Sequence record: OZ195776.1
DNA length: 64,000 nt
Reading direction: 5' to 3' (one strand)
The position numbers were made by a program, and so were the translations under genes. The notes under the pieces were generated by a model. It did not search any database. It was given only the letters and a program-made list of their open reading frames with translations, and had not been told where the DNA came from. This document shows positions 33,783 to 43,827 of this stretch, piece after piece; position 1 is the first letter of the stretch; every line of letters begins with the position of its first letter.

Positions 33783-34088
33783 CTACTCAGGATAAACTTC
33801 GTCGTTCATATAATCTGCAAAGTCATCTTCTTCTGCGGCAATACCGTCAAGTACGTTTAGCATATCCGAAATGCTTAACATATTGTGTTCCGCTAGTACA
33901 AAGTAGTAGACTTCGTCGTAACTTACCGAGTAGCCAAGCGATTTACTTGTTGTTAAAATAATTTCTGTTGCTTCCGAGTACGGGAATATTCTTTCTTTCG
34001 TATCGAAATCGTCTCCACCAGCTACGTCTGTCGGCTCATAACCGTAAGGCGCAAGTGAGTGGGCCAGTGCTTTAATGTGGTCATTCAT
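33783..34088 (-). CDS. hypothetical protein
   Basis: GGAGG SD; promoter-like GTTTAT...TG-TACTAT upstream. Confidence 0.65.
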   Translation of the reverse strand: MNDHIKALAHSLAPYGYEPTDVAGGDDFDTKERIFPYSEATEIILTTSKSLGYSVSYDEVYYFVLAEHNMLSISDMLNVLDGIAAEEDDFADYMNDEVYPE

Positions 34089-34304
34089 AACGACCTCCGT
34101 TTGTTAATTGTGCATTCATAGTACAGCATCAACCAGCACGGATAAACCACAGCCCACTTGACCAGAACCACCATCCCTTATATAAATTATAAAATTATTA
34201 AAAGCCTTTTTTTAAACCCCTAATATAATAACTACTATAAGAAGCTGGCGGATTTTAGCGCCAGTTCGTATTGGATTGGTGGTTTATAATCGCTAGTAAA
34301 TCGA

Positions 34305-34823
34305 TTATGCTACTGGTCCAACTAAAGTTTTGCCGTCCATTAACATATCGAAATATGAATACTCGAATGTTACATCACAAGTAATTGCATCGACATCACC
34401 TTGTTCCGTATAAGTCCATTCAATATCCCCAATGGATTTTGGAAAAGGATTGATAAACTTAAATGATGCCATTATCTTGTCCTTGTTATTATCAAGGATA
34501 TGCAAAAGCATAGTAGCTGGAATCTTGCCTTCAAATTCACTACCACCTGTTGGATTGTTCATTGTAAGCATCCAAGAAAGTAATTCCTTGTATGTTAAAA
34601 GTTCCTCGTCAACGATAAATGTGATAGTTAAGTCATCGTAGCTAGTTGCAGAACCAGCTACATGATTGTTTGCAATCTTGGCATACTTCGGACCATTTAC
34701 TATAGGAGCAATCTCTAGCGATACTCCTGGAATAGTCAAATTCTGAATCTGCCAAACGAAGTTATCAAATGCCGAATCTGGAATATCCAATCGGAAGTTG
34801 TTCTTCATTGCTAGATTTTTCAT
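34305..34823 (-). CDS. 3: tail tube terminator gp3
   Basis: NFRLDIP..TIPG..YDDLTITFIVDEEL...SWM. Confidence 0.85.
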   Translation of the reverse strand: MKNLAMKNNFRLDIPDSAFDNFVWQIQNLTIPGVSLEIAPIVNGPKYAKIANNHVAGSATSYDDLTITFIVDEELLTYKELLSWMLTMNNPTGGSEFEGKIPATMLLHILDNNKDKIMASFKFINPFPKSIGDIEWTYTEQGDVDAITCDVTFEYSYFDMLMDGKTLVGPVA

Positions 34824-36760
34824 AAAGCACCGCCTGGTCTTGATGTTTTAGCAGAACCACTAGTTGTTAGTGGTGCACTCATTGAAACTTTGGAACTACT
34901 ATCTGATACGCTATTGTTAGTAACTTGGTTTTGAACAACGACTTGTTGTCTTTGCATTTCAGCACCATTTAATTTACGATTTGCGTTTTCTAATTCCAAC
35001 GATCGTCTACGTGCATCCATGACTTGGAGACGTGCCCACAAACGTTCTTCTTCTGGAGTTGATAAATCATCTTGTTTGCGATTCAACAATGCTTTCATCT
35101 CTTCATCCGTCATTGTTTGAAGAGCTAGGTTATCGTTCAAGTTTTCAATTGAAGTGCCAACTGCATCTAGTGGATGACCAATCGTATCGCGAATATCCTT
35201 GCCAACCTGCTTAACAGAATCAACGGTCGCCTTCGCAGCATCTTGAACATACTCTTGTTTCATACGTTCAGCCATTCGCTCGCTTAATTCCATCTGAGCT
35301 TTATCGATTTCCGATTGACGTTTTTCTGAATCAGCAATCATCTCTTCGCCGGTATCGCCGAACCCTGGAATGTAGCTAATCATTTTACCGATGCCTAACT
35401 TAACATCATTCATCATGTCTTCGATAGAAAGGATCATGTACTGGAAAGCGTCAGGAATCGATGCAAACGCACCTATGACCTTATTAACACCATTGATGAC
35501 CATCATGAAGTTGTTCTTCACTGTTTCAATATACCATTCAACTCCGCTTATAACAGAATCTAGCATACCTTCTGGCATCATCTCTGCGATGTCGGATCCA
35601 GTATCGGTAAACCAACCCGTAATAGAACCTATAACACTACTAAACCAGCCAGTTATGTTTTGCCATAGAGCAGCTCTCTTTTTGGGGTCTCCAAAAATAC
35701 TAGCTAATCCAGCAAATATACGATCGAACTCTTCTTCAAATATCTTGTATATTGAGTATCCGGCGACCAATCCAATTAGGACCACAGGGTTCATCATCAT
35801 ACCAATGACGCGCGTTAATCCCATAAATGTTTGACGGACCAGTGTAACAAACCATTTCGAAATGGTGCCACGGAAGTCAATCATCAACTCACCGGTACCT
35901 TTTGAAAGTAGACCAAGTCCCTTTAAGGACCCCGAAACCACTCTCGCCATGCCACCAAGCAATTTATTCGATGTAGCTAATGCTCCAACCTTACTTGATA
36001 AGAACATCAATCCACTTGATGCCATCACAAAGCCCGTACCAACAAACGTCAGTATTTTCTGCCACATAGAGACATTCGGACCGATTAAATGGGTTAGGAT
36101 GCGACGTACGTTATCGCCTAAAGTACGTTGAAATTTATTTGATTCTTTCCAACGAGCTGTTGCGGTTTTACGAGCACGAGTATCTGTAATTAAGTTGTAT
36201 GTGAATATCTTGTTGTACAAACCAGAAACCCAACCAACTGTTAGTGGTGCGTTCTGTCCTGTAGATGCGTTCAGATAATCCTGCATCCCTTGTTGAGCCA
36301 GCTTCTGCATCGCTGCATCGCGTCTCATTTCCTTCGTGCTATTCGTAACTGTGTCAATCAGTCGTTGTTCGAGAGTAACCATTCGAATAAAGCCATTTTT
36401 CGTAGCTGTTTTAATCGAATCCCAAGTGTTCTGCATTTTCAAGAAATGCGAGTTGAAGTCCAAAGCTGCAACGATGGTATCGCGTACGTTTTGCAACGCA
36501 GCAGACATTCTGCTTTGTTGACTCTGCCATGCCTCTTGCCACTTCACAAATAAACTTTTCTGTGCTTCCGCTTGCTTGTCGTTAGCACCAAACGCTTCTA
36601 CCAGTTTATCGAAAATTTTGCTTGTGGTTAAATCAACGTTGCTTGTGTACATCGCAACGCGTTGCATGGAGGCTGCTTCTGGACTATCGTCAGATTGCAT
36701 AACGATGAGATCGAGACGTGCGATAATCTCATCAATCTGCTTTTTATTGTCCGATGCCAT
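34820..36760 (-). CDS. tape measure / baseplate hub gp29-like
   Basis: Helical, central hydrophobic segments, C-terminal QNQVTNNS; follows the 26/51-like gene. Confidence 0.65.
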   Translation of the reverse strand: MASDNKKQIDEIIARLDLIVMQSDDSPEAASMQRVAMYTSNVDLTTSKIFDKLVEAFGANDKQAEAQKSLFVKWQEAWQSQQSRMSAALQNVRDTIVAALDFNSHFLKMQNTWDSIKTATKNGFIRMVTLEQRLIDTVTNSTKEMRRDAAMQKLAQQGMQDYLNASTGQNAPLTVGWVSGLYNKIFTYNLITDTRARKTATARWKESNKFQRTLGDNVRRILTHLIGPNVSMWQKILTFVGTGFVMASSGLMFLSSKVGALATSNKLLGGMARVVSGSLKGLGLLSKGTGELMIDFRGTISKWFVTLVRQTFMGLTRVIGMMMNPVVLIGLVAGYSIYKIFEEEFDRIFAGLASIFGDPKKRAALWQNITGWFSSVIGSITGWFTDTGSDIAEMMPEGMLDSVISGVEWYIETVKNNFMMVINGVNKVIGAFASIPDAFQYMILSIEDMMNDVKLGIGKMISYIPGFGDTGEEMIADSEKRQSEIDKAQMELSERMAERMKQEYVQDAAKATVDSVKQVGKDIRDTIGHPLDAVGTSIENLNDNLALQTMTDEEMKALLNRKQDDLSTPEEERLWARLQVMDARRRSLELENANRKLNGAEMQRQQVVVQNQVTNNSVSDSSSKVSMSAPLTTSGSAKTSRPGGAL

Positions 36761-36938
36761 TTTTCATTTGTTCCTCTTTTTGTTTGATGTGTTGTGTTAA
36801 CAACATCGCGTATATTTCCCGCTCGAACGGAAGCATATCCTCCACATCTCTCAAGGAAAAGCTCCCGTGTTCAACGAGAGCAAAGTTTTCCTGGTAGTAT
36901 TCTTGTAGAGAATGACGCCCGAGCGTTACACGAAAAAA
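36744..36938 (-). CDS. gp51-type C-terminal domain in the -1 frame, no own start codon
   Basis: SLQEYYQENFALVEHGSFSLRDVEDMLPFEREIYAMLL; frame opens exactly at T TTT TTC after two TGA stops. Confidence 0.8.
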   Translation of the reverse strand, partial: FFRVTLGRHSLQEYYQENFALVEHGSFSLRDVEDMLPFEREIYAMLLTQHIKQKEEQMKNGIGQ

Positions 36939-37807
36939 TCATCAATGCCGCTAAGTGCAATCTTTTCAAAATTACCACACTTAGGACATTTCACATCAAT
37001 AAACACGGTCAAACGTGGAGTTTGGTCGATAAAGTCACGAATTTGTGTAAACGCAGCAATACTCAACTGATCCATGATCTGAACCAACATACCTTGCTGT
37101 TGCAATTCCTGTTTCGTGTACATAGTATCACCTACATGCACTTCGCTAATCGCTTCTGTTGCTAAGTTAAACAACCCGATTGACGTGGTTGGATCATTTT
37201 CTTCGAATCCGCGAATGTTTGGGTGTTTCAATTTGATTGCCACCTGGTCATTCACTTTAACCATGTCCGAACCAGCAAACGGTGTTACGAACGTCTTGTT
37301 CAAGTCAATCTCACAGCGAATACGTTCGCCACAAACCTTCTCATCCGGACGTAGTAGTTCGTCAACCAGTTCATCTGCCGTCATTTCGCGTTCTGGCTCA
37401 GGACGTACAATTAAATCAGCAAATTCGTCACCTTCCGCGATTGCATCGCTACGCACTTGTTTGCGTTCGTCGATAATCGCTTGTAGTTCTTCATCGGATT
37501 TAGGCGCAGCACAGTGGTATTCTGCTGTTAACACAGGAGAACCGTTGCTATTTGCGTACATCTGAACAAACAGATATTCTGCATCTGCCACATGCAAATC
37601 TTCAATCTTGACATCAGATAGAATGCTTTTCTCGAGACATTGCTCAATTGCATCGATTTTCTGTTCAGACTCGTTAGCCAAGTTAAGCAACTTGTGCTCA
37701 CCTGCCGTCAATGAACGCATTTTAATCACTTCGCCAGATTGCGGTAGAGTTACCGTGGTATGTGGCGTTTTCATTACATTCAAATCGAATTTTTTCATTT
37801 CAGTCAT
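36926..37807 (-). CDS. 26: baseplate hub assembly chaperone gp26-like
   Basis: TLPQSGEVIKMRSLT, IKLKHP, C-terminal KCPKCG...GIDDFFV. Confidence 0.8.
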   Translation of the reverse strand: MTEMKKFDLNVMKTPHTTVTLPQSGEVIKMRSLTAGEHKLLNLANESEQKIDAIEQCLEKSILSDVKIEDLHVADAEYLFVQMYANSNGSPVLTAEYHCAAPKSDEELQAIIDERKQVRSDAIAEGDEFADLIVRPEPEREMTADELVDELLRPDEKVCGERIRCEIDLNKTFVTPFAGSDMVKVNDQVAIKLKHPNIRGFEENDPTTSIGLFNLATEAISEVHVGDTMYTKQELQQQGMLVQIMDQLSIAAFTQIRDFIDQTPRLTVFIDVKCPKCGNFEKIALSGIDDFFV

Positions 37808-37819
37808 TTCATTATTCCT

Positions 37820-38653
37820 TTATAAACCAATGCCGTTTAAAGCACCTAACGATGCGTTATATTTCGAACCAAAATCAGTGTTTGCGTCTGCAATTTGGTC
37901 GAATGTGTTGCCTTTGATGATACTAGCCATCTCTTCACTGATCGCATTAACGTAGTTGAATGTGCTGAATGTAAATTCAACTTCAAACGTTGATACTTCG
38001 TTGTTATTCTCGTAAGATAACTCAACGTCGCCAATTCTCATTGGAAACGCTTTGGATAGCGATGTTACTGTAGCTGGATCACCATTGCGCTTTAATGTAA
38101 TTATCTCGATGCTTTTTTCGTACTCAGCCGCAAATGCAACTTGACACGTAGTTGAGCTAAAGATCGATTTCTGCCAGGCCAACATAATCTGGCGTTCTTC
38201 GTGACCAGGTGATAGATAGAATTGCATCGTTACAGTTCCAGAATCCTTACCTTTAACCACTTTTTGAGTTTTGCGACGTTGATAGTCTGACTCAACTTCA
38301 AGTGTACGTCCTGGTAGATTTGCACCTTTGGCCATCATTGCTAATTTAGCTTCTCTTGTCGGATCAGCGCCAAAATAATCAGCTACCATTGAAGAAGCAT
38401 CACCGTTCAACACACCCTTAATGCCGGTACGTTTCAAAGCACCAAATTGAGAGCGAACTTCTGATGCAGTTTTTAGCGCACTATCTGCTGCTTTGAACCA
38501 CCCATCGACTTGATCTAGTGTACCTTGTGGACTACCCACCACACCATTGTTGTTGATGTAGTTTTCGAGAGATGGAAACGCCACCAAGTACAAATTACTT
38601 CGTGCTACGTCGTCCTGATCCATCTTTGCAACAAATTGCCTTACGCTAAACAT
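37820..38653 (-). CDS. 54: baseplate tail tube initiator gp54
   Basis: ARSNLY..., NLPG, FPMRIGDVELSYENNNEVSTFEVEF. Confidence 0.8.
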   Translation of the reverse strand: MFSVRQFVAKMDQDDVARSNLYLVAFPSLENYINNNGVVGSPQGTLDQVDGWFKAADSALKTASEVRSQFGALKRTGIKGVLNGDASSMVADYFGADPTREAKLAMMAKGANLPGRTLEVESDYQRRKTQKVVKGKDSGTVTMQFYLSPGHEERQIMLAWQKSIFSSTTCQVAFAAEYEKSIEIITLKRNGDPATVTSLSKAFPMRIGDVELSYENNNEVSTFEVEFTFSTFNYVNAISEEMASIIKGNTFDQIADANTDFGSKYNASLGALNGIGL

Positions 38654-38654
38654 G

Positions 38655-39107
38655 TTACACCTTCAATCCTATTAATTTTCGTAAAGACACTTCAGTTAAA
38701 ACCTTAAATGTCCAACCCTTCTGTCTGGCAAATTTCGACGCCGCTTCCCATTTATCCGAATTCACTTTAAACGTGTATGCTTCGTGCAACAATCGCTTCT
38801 TGGCTTTCTCGGTCATGCGTTGAGGCTTCTCAGGTGGCTTGGTTTCCTTGAGAGGTTTGATTTCGAAGATAAACTCACGTCCATCTTCCAACTTCATGTA
38901 AATGTCCATAAAGTAGCGACGTTTCTTGCCGTCTGCTGTACTGAAATATGGAATTACTATGGTTTCTGACCCCCATCTGACCACGGCCGGATTATTGTCT
39001 AACCATCTAAACATCGACAATTCCCACGAACTGCGATACTCAATGTTACTCAAGTTGCCTTTGTATTTGCTCAGATTACGAGGCTTGTATTTTCCACTAT
39101 ATGCCAT
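38655..39107 (-). CDS. 4: head completion protein gp4
   Basis: MAYSGKYKPRNLSKYKG...YRSSWE...RRYFMD...EIKP. Confidence 0.95.
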   Translation of the reverse strand: MAYSGKYKPRNLSKYKGNLSNIEYRSSWELSMFRWLDNNPAVVRWGSETIVIPYFSTADGKKRRYFMDIYMKLEDGREFIFEIKPLKETKPPEKPQRMTEKAKKRLLHEAYTFKVNSDKWEAASKFARQKGWTFKVLTEVSLRKLIGLKV

Positions 39108-39131
39108 AATACCTCCAAACTCTGTGTCTAC

Positions 39132-39155
39132 TATTTATAGCAACGACAATAAATA
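39132..39155. promoter_or_regulatory. divergent late promoters
   Basis: TATAAATA on - strand (39132-39139) and ATAAATA on + strand. Confidence 0.7.
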
Positions 39156-39158
39156 GGT

Positions 39159-39205
39159 GAGGAAAACAAATGGCGAAGAAAACAAATGGCGAGGAAAACA
39201 AATGG
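39159..39205 (+). repeat. three tandem 16-nt SD+ATG units
   Basis: GA(G/A)GAAAACAAATGG(C) three times. Confidence 0.9.
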
Positions 39206-40287
39206 ATAATTTTATTGGTGGTGATTTGTGGGATAGTATCGTTGGTACGAATACGAACCCAGTTCAGCCAAAAGGTGGTACCCAATCAACCACACAACCA
39301 GCGGAATTCAAACAAGCGGAGTTGAATTTGGATGAACAGCAGAATTTTGTGTATCCATCCAACTTGCTACAAGATAGCGAACACAACAGCTTCTTCGTTT
39401 ACCGTGCTTACGATTTGAGCAGCTCTACGCGTCAATATTACGGAAATATGCGTAGCTCGTTCACATCCACAACGAAGAAAACAACAACCGATCAGAATGA
39501 TAGTAAGACGCAAGAACTACTAGCGGTAATCACACTAAACTCTCCTTTGTTGCAAGAAGAATTAGCTCACGATTTTGGCGAACATGCAACTAGTGTAGCT
39601 GCAGATTTCGTTCAAAACATGATGAACGTGAAGGGTGGGGATACGATTGGCGAGACAGTGTCAAACGTAGCAGGTACTGCCAAATCCGCTGGATTACAAG
39701 GTGCGGGTGGTTTAGTTGCAAACATGCAACGTGGATTGATTGAATCAGGACAAGGTGGTTCTGCAGCTCAATTGAGGAAAAGCAGCACCGTGTTAGCGGA
39801 TTACGCATCGACTACGGCGTTCAAAGGTACATCTCTACGTACACAAACCGTTGAATATACGTTCAATCCAACTAGCGTCGAGGAATTGAAAATCGTTGGT
39901 GGTATTTTACGAACCTTTATGCGTCTATCGTTAGCTACTCGCTCTCAATTATCTCTTCCAGTTGAAGTGGAGAATCGTGAGTTCCAAAAAGGATATGGCA
40001 AATACGCGACGCTATTGAAAACACCTCCGGTATGGATGATTGAAGAAGTTTCAGATGATCCGGCAGCATCGTTCCGATACACGCCACGATTTGTATTTGG
40101 ACCGGCTGGTATCACAAGTGTTCGTATCAATCGCACGCCAGATCAATACTGGAAAACGTTTGTAGGTTCTGCTGGCGATTCAGCTTCGATCGTTATGGAG
40201 GTTACATTTACTGAATTGATTCCGATGGATCGTGATGTATACGATGCTGACCTGAAGAGCTCGATTCGTGGTTACACAGGAGAATAA
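39202..40287 (+). CDS. 48: baseplate tail tube cap gp48
   Basis: FRAYDLSS, RTQTVEYTFNP, PPVWMI, FGPAGITSVRINRTP. Confidence 0.8.
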   Translation: MDNFIGGDLWDSIVGTNTNPVQPKGGTQSTTQPAEFKQAELNLDEQQNFVYPSNLLQDSEHNSFFVYRAYDLSSSTRQYYGNMRSSFTSTTKKTTTDQNDSKTQELLAVITLNSPLLQEELAHDFGEHATSVAADFVQNMMNVKGGDTIGETVSNVAGTAKSAGLQGAGGLVANMQRGLIESGQGGSAAQLRKSSTVLADYASTTAFKGTSLRTQTVEYTFNPTSVEELKIVGGILRTFMRLSLATRSQLSLPVEVENREFQKGYGKYATLLKTPPVWMIEEVSDDPAASFRYTPRFVFGPAGITSVRINRTPDQYWKTFVGSAGDSASIVMEVTFTELIPMDRDVYDADLKSSIRGYTGE

Positions 40288-40289
40288 TA

Positions 40290-40868
40290 ATGATATTTTC
40301 ATTATTGGACACAGTTACGTATGGCGGTAAACAAACCGCTGACATTTTTCGGAATTTAAACTATTACCACAAACAAGTGATTGGTAATTTTGATACAGTA
40401 ACGTACCAAGTTGTTGGCGATTCTCGTCCCGAGCAAACAGCTTATGAGATATACGGCGATCCGTCGTTGTATTGGATTTTATTGTTGATTAATGGTGATG
40501 TGGATCCTTATTACGATTGGTTGTTGCCAAACGAAACGACGATTGCTACTTCGGAATATCGATACGAGGATGTTGGTGGCGCTGACGTGGTTCACCACTG
40601 GGTTGATGAAAAAGGACGCTGGTGGTACGACGTTATCGAAGATCCAGACAAACCATTACAGTGGTACAACAGATACGATTTTCTAAACAACGCTCCAGAA
40701 GACGGCCAATTGGACAAACGTCAATTATTATATGTTGGTGTTATGACTCCAGTATCTCGTCGTGAGCATGATTTTAACGTGAATGAGCGTAATCGTACGA
40801 TTGAAATTCTTCACCCAAGTGACGTTTCGTCGTATATCAGCTCATTCTTAGCAATTGCAGGAGTGTAA
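40290..40868 (+). CDS. 53: baseplate wedge gp53
   Basis: RPEQTAYEIYGDPSLYWILLLIN...DPYYDW. Confidence 0.9.
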   Translation: MIFSLLDTVTYGGKQTADIFRNLNYYHKQVIGNFDTVTYQVVGDSRPEQTAYEIYGDPSLYWILLLINGDVDPYYDWLLPNETTIATSEYRYEDVGGADVVHHWVDEKGRWWYDVIEDPDKPLQWYNRYDFLNNAPEDGQLDKRQLLYVGVMTPVSRREHDFNVNERNRTIEILHPSDVSSYISSFLAIAGV

Positions 40869-40871
40869 CAA

Positions 40872-42149
40872 ATGTTAGCCAAGCAATCCTTATCTCCGGC
40901 GGAGAATTATCTAGTATCTCGGGTGCACATTCGTGGTGTTGATAAAATCGCTGATATGACAGACACGCTAGTCAAACTTGATATCTATGAGACGTTGGAT
41001 GGTTTGGTTAGTGGAATGGTAGCTCTAAACGATACAATTGGCGTAGTGGATGATCTACTGATGATGGGCTACGAAGCAATTGATATTGAATTTGCATCCG
41101 GTGTTGGTAATACATACGAAAGAGTATTCAAGAAATCATTTCGATTGACCAACATATCGCGATCTCAAAACGGACCATCTTCTCAGGAATTTATCCTGAT
41201 TACGTTCGCGAATAATATGATCGTGACTAACGACCTCATTAAACGTCCGTACGTATTCAAAGCGACGAGTATTTCGGCAATGATTAAGGCGATTTTGGAT
41301 GGAATGGGCGATGAGACACCGACTTATGAAATTGAAGATACTCTATATCAACGAGATTACGTCCGTCATATCGCCAAACCACTCGATACGATATTCGATT
41401 TGAAAGATCATGCATCTAGTCGTGATAGCGATAGCTGTCATTTCTTGTTCTACGAAGATCGTGATAGTGTCAAGTTTAAGTCATTAGGTACGTTGCGCGC
41501 GCAGGATTACGACTTCATTATTCGTAAAGGTGCATCGACAGGCGATGAGAAGTTTGATGGTGGTGATACCAATATCCTAACAGCGATTCGTATTTCAATA
41601 CCAGAACAAACAAATGTTGAGCAAATGTCATCTGGCATGTACGGAACTCGTACAATATCACATAGCCTTATTCGCAAGAAGCTGGTCACTAGTGATATTA
41701 AACGCACGCAATACGCGGATACTATGGGTGTGATGAATGCAGTTCCTCACATGTTTACATCTCCAGAAGCGCTTGCGCCTGAGATGATCGAAACGGAACA
41801 ACCTCTGAACGTCATTCAGACAATGCCGGCTGATGGGTTCTATCTGAAATCGGATACTCATACTCTTGGAAACGTGCAGGGTGTTGGTTATATGGAAGAT
41901 ACGTACATTAATGCTAAGAAAATTACCGTAGAGATTGCAGGGAACACGAATTTAACAGTGGGTAATGTGGTGTGGATGGATTACGCGAGTATTCAATCTG
42001 AAGGCACTGCATCTATCATGGCTTCGGGCAAATGGCTGATACACGATATCCGTCATTCGGTCGATCAAATGGCAAAAGTATTCAAAACCACGATTGATCT
42101 GGTTAATGATTCTACGCCAATGAACGCAGTAGCGGGAGCACAACAATAA
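40872..42149 (+). CDS. baseplate hub protein, gp27-like
   Basis: IYETLDG, FLFYEDR, FKSL, SGKWLI..IRH; directly upstream of gp5. Confidence 0.65.
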   Translation: MLAKQSLSPAENYLVSRVHIRGVDKIADMTDTLVKLDIYETLDGLVSGMVALNDTIGVVDDLLMMGYEAIDIEFASGVGNTYERVFKKSFRLTNISRSQNGPSSQEFILITFANNMIVTNDLIKRPYVFKATSISAMIKAILDGMGDETPTYEIEDTLYQRDYVRHIAKPLDTIFDLKDHASSRDSDSCHFLFYEDRDSVKFKSLGTLRAQDYDFIIRKGASTGDEKFDGGDTNILTAIRISIPEQTNVEQMSSGMYGTRTISHSLIRKKLVTSDIKRTQYADTMGVMNAVPHMFTSPEALAPEMIETEQPLNVIQTMPADGFYLKSDTHTLGNVQGVGYMEDTYINAKKITVEIAGNTNLTVGNVVWMDYASIQSEGTASIMASGKWLIHDIRHSVDQMAKVFKTTIDLVNDSTPMNAVAGAQQ

Positions 42150-43321
42150 TGTTTATGGGAATGGACGGATTCAAATGGTTTCAAGGTGTAGTTGAAGATC
42201 GTATGGATCCATTAAAATTGGGTAGATTGAGAGTTCGAATGGTCGGACTTCATCCCGAAAAGAAATCATCGATTCAAGGTATTCGTACCGAAGAATTGTT
42301 GTGGTGTCATCCAATGCAGCCGATTACTGACGCTGCTATGAACGGTATTGGTCAAACACCGTTGGGAGTTGTTGAAGGCACGTGGGTGTTTGGATTCTTC
42401 CGAGATTGTCAGTTGATGCAAGATCCTGTAATCATTGGCACCGTTGGTGGGATTCCAGAAGATGCGCCAGTTGGATCTCGTGGATTTAACGATCCTAACG
42501 AAAAATATCCAAAATCGGATTTCTTGACAGAGCCTGATACAAATCGACTTGCTCGAAATGAGAAAATTGATCAAACGATTGTTCAAGCTAAACGTGATAC
42601 CGAAGAAGCTGATATTCCAACTGCTGGATATAATGCAGATGGAACGTCTTACAACGAGCCTACAACGCCGTATAACGCATCATATCCGTTTAATCATGTT
42701 CACGAGAGCGAAAGTGGCCACGTAAGCGAAATCGATGATACGGCCGGCTCAGAGCGTTTACATACGTACCACAGAACTGGCACATTTGAAGAGATTCATC
42801 CTGATGGAAGTAAAGTAACTAAAGTTGTTGGTGATGATTATGAAATCGTGGTGAAAGACAAGAAGTGTTATGTGAAAGGTAATTTAAACGTGACCGTGAT
42901 TGGCGATGCGAATGTGTACGTTCAAGGGAATGTTACTCAACAAGTCGATGGAAATTACGAACAGCATATCAAAGGCGATGTGGATCAACATGTTGAGGGT
43001 AACGTTACTCAAACAGTTGATTTGAACGTAACTGAGACGGTTCATGGAAATGTTACTCAACAAGTCGACGGAAACGTAACGTCCACTATTGATGGGGATG
43101 TTAATCAAACCATTAGCGGTGGTACTGGATTAACTCAGAACGTTTCTAGTGACGTGAGTATCACATGTACAAACTTTACAGTCAACGCTTCGGCAAGTCA
43201 CTCAACCACAGCTTCTTCTATCTCGAGGTCGGGTAGCACGATATCGGATGATGGTGGCGGCGCAACAGTAAATCTTGCTGGTGCTGCGTCAATTGACGGC
43301 TCAGCAATTAACTTAGGATAA
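42149..43321 (+). CDS. 5: central spike gp5 without lysozyme domain
   Basis: WFQGVVEDRMDPLKLGRLRVR OB fold, YPFNHV..SESGH, VxGN beta-helix. Confidence 0.95.
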   Translation: MFMGMDGFKWFQGVVEDRMDPLKLGRLRVRMVGLHPEKKSSIQGIRTEELLWCHPMQPITDAAMNGIGQTPLGVVEGTWVFGFFRDCQLMQDPVIIGTVGGIPEDAPVGSRGFNDPNEKYPKSDFLTEPDTNRLARNEKIDQTIVQAKRDTEEADIPTAGYNADGTSYNEPTTPYNASYPFNHVHESESGHVSEIDDTAGSERLHTYHRTGTFEEIHPDGSKVTKVVGDDYEIVVKDKKCYVKGNLNVTVIGDANVYVQGNVTQQVDGNYEQHIKGDVDQHVEGNVTQTVDLNVTETVHGNVTQQVDGNVTSTIDGDVNQTISGGTGLTQNVSSDVSITCTNFTVNASASHSTTASSISRSGSTISDDGGGATVNLAGAASIDGSAINLG

Positions 43322-43326
43322 ACGAC

Positions 43327-43827
43327 ATGGCAGACATTCTTCCGCTATTAACTACGTTGGACGAAGTCGTCGAAGGAAATGCAGTGAACGTCTCATTCAC
43401 TGCAGATTTGGATTCTGCGTTAGGAGAGTCGTTGGTTGGATTATCAATCACGAACTTCCGTCAAAACGATGGCATCACAGTAGGTACTGCTGATTTCAGT
43501 GGCGCTTATCGAGACAGCTTCGATTTGGGTGCTAATGGTATTCAATATCGAGATTTGACGGACGATACTCACAAATCGGTTTCGAAGTTTTCCGACTTAC
43601 CAGCAGATCCAACAACCGCGCATGTGTATATGTTCAGAGCACCAGCTGTATTACAGACGAACTACACGTACGAGGTTACTTTGGATTATGAAATTACACC
43701 AGTTCCGCCAGCACCTCCTACTCCACCAACTCAACATCAGTTGGTCAAGACGTACACACAATCAGTACGAGGAACCTGGGATATGTGGGGAACTCAACTC
43801 AAAGATTACATTGCGAGGGGCAACTGA
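43327..43827 (+). CDS. 5.1: gp5.1-like protein
   Basis: YMFRAP..TYEVTLDY..LVKTYTQSVRGTW. Confidence 0.75.
   Translation: MADILPLLTTLDEVVEGNAVNVSFTADLDSALGESLVGLSITNFRQNDGITVGTADFSGAYRDSFDLGANGIQYRDLTDDTHKSVSKFSDLPADPTTAHVYMFRAPAVLQTNYTYEVTLDYEITPVPPAPPTPPTQHQLVKTYTQSVRGTWDMWGTQLKDYIARGN

Noticed and set aside
36794-37165. 123-aa + strand ORF antisense to gp26/gp51
   Set aside because: The - strand carries conserved coding frames; no SD or recognisable motif.
42880-43110. Repeats in gp5 (VxGNxxxx; near-duplicate GGAAATGTTACTCAACAAGTCGA)
   Set aside because: Expected beta-helix repeats of T4 gp5.
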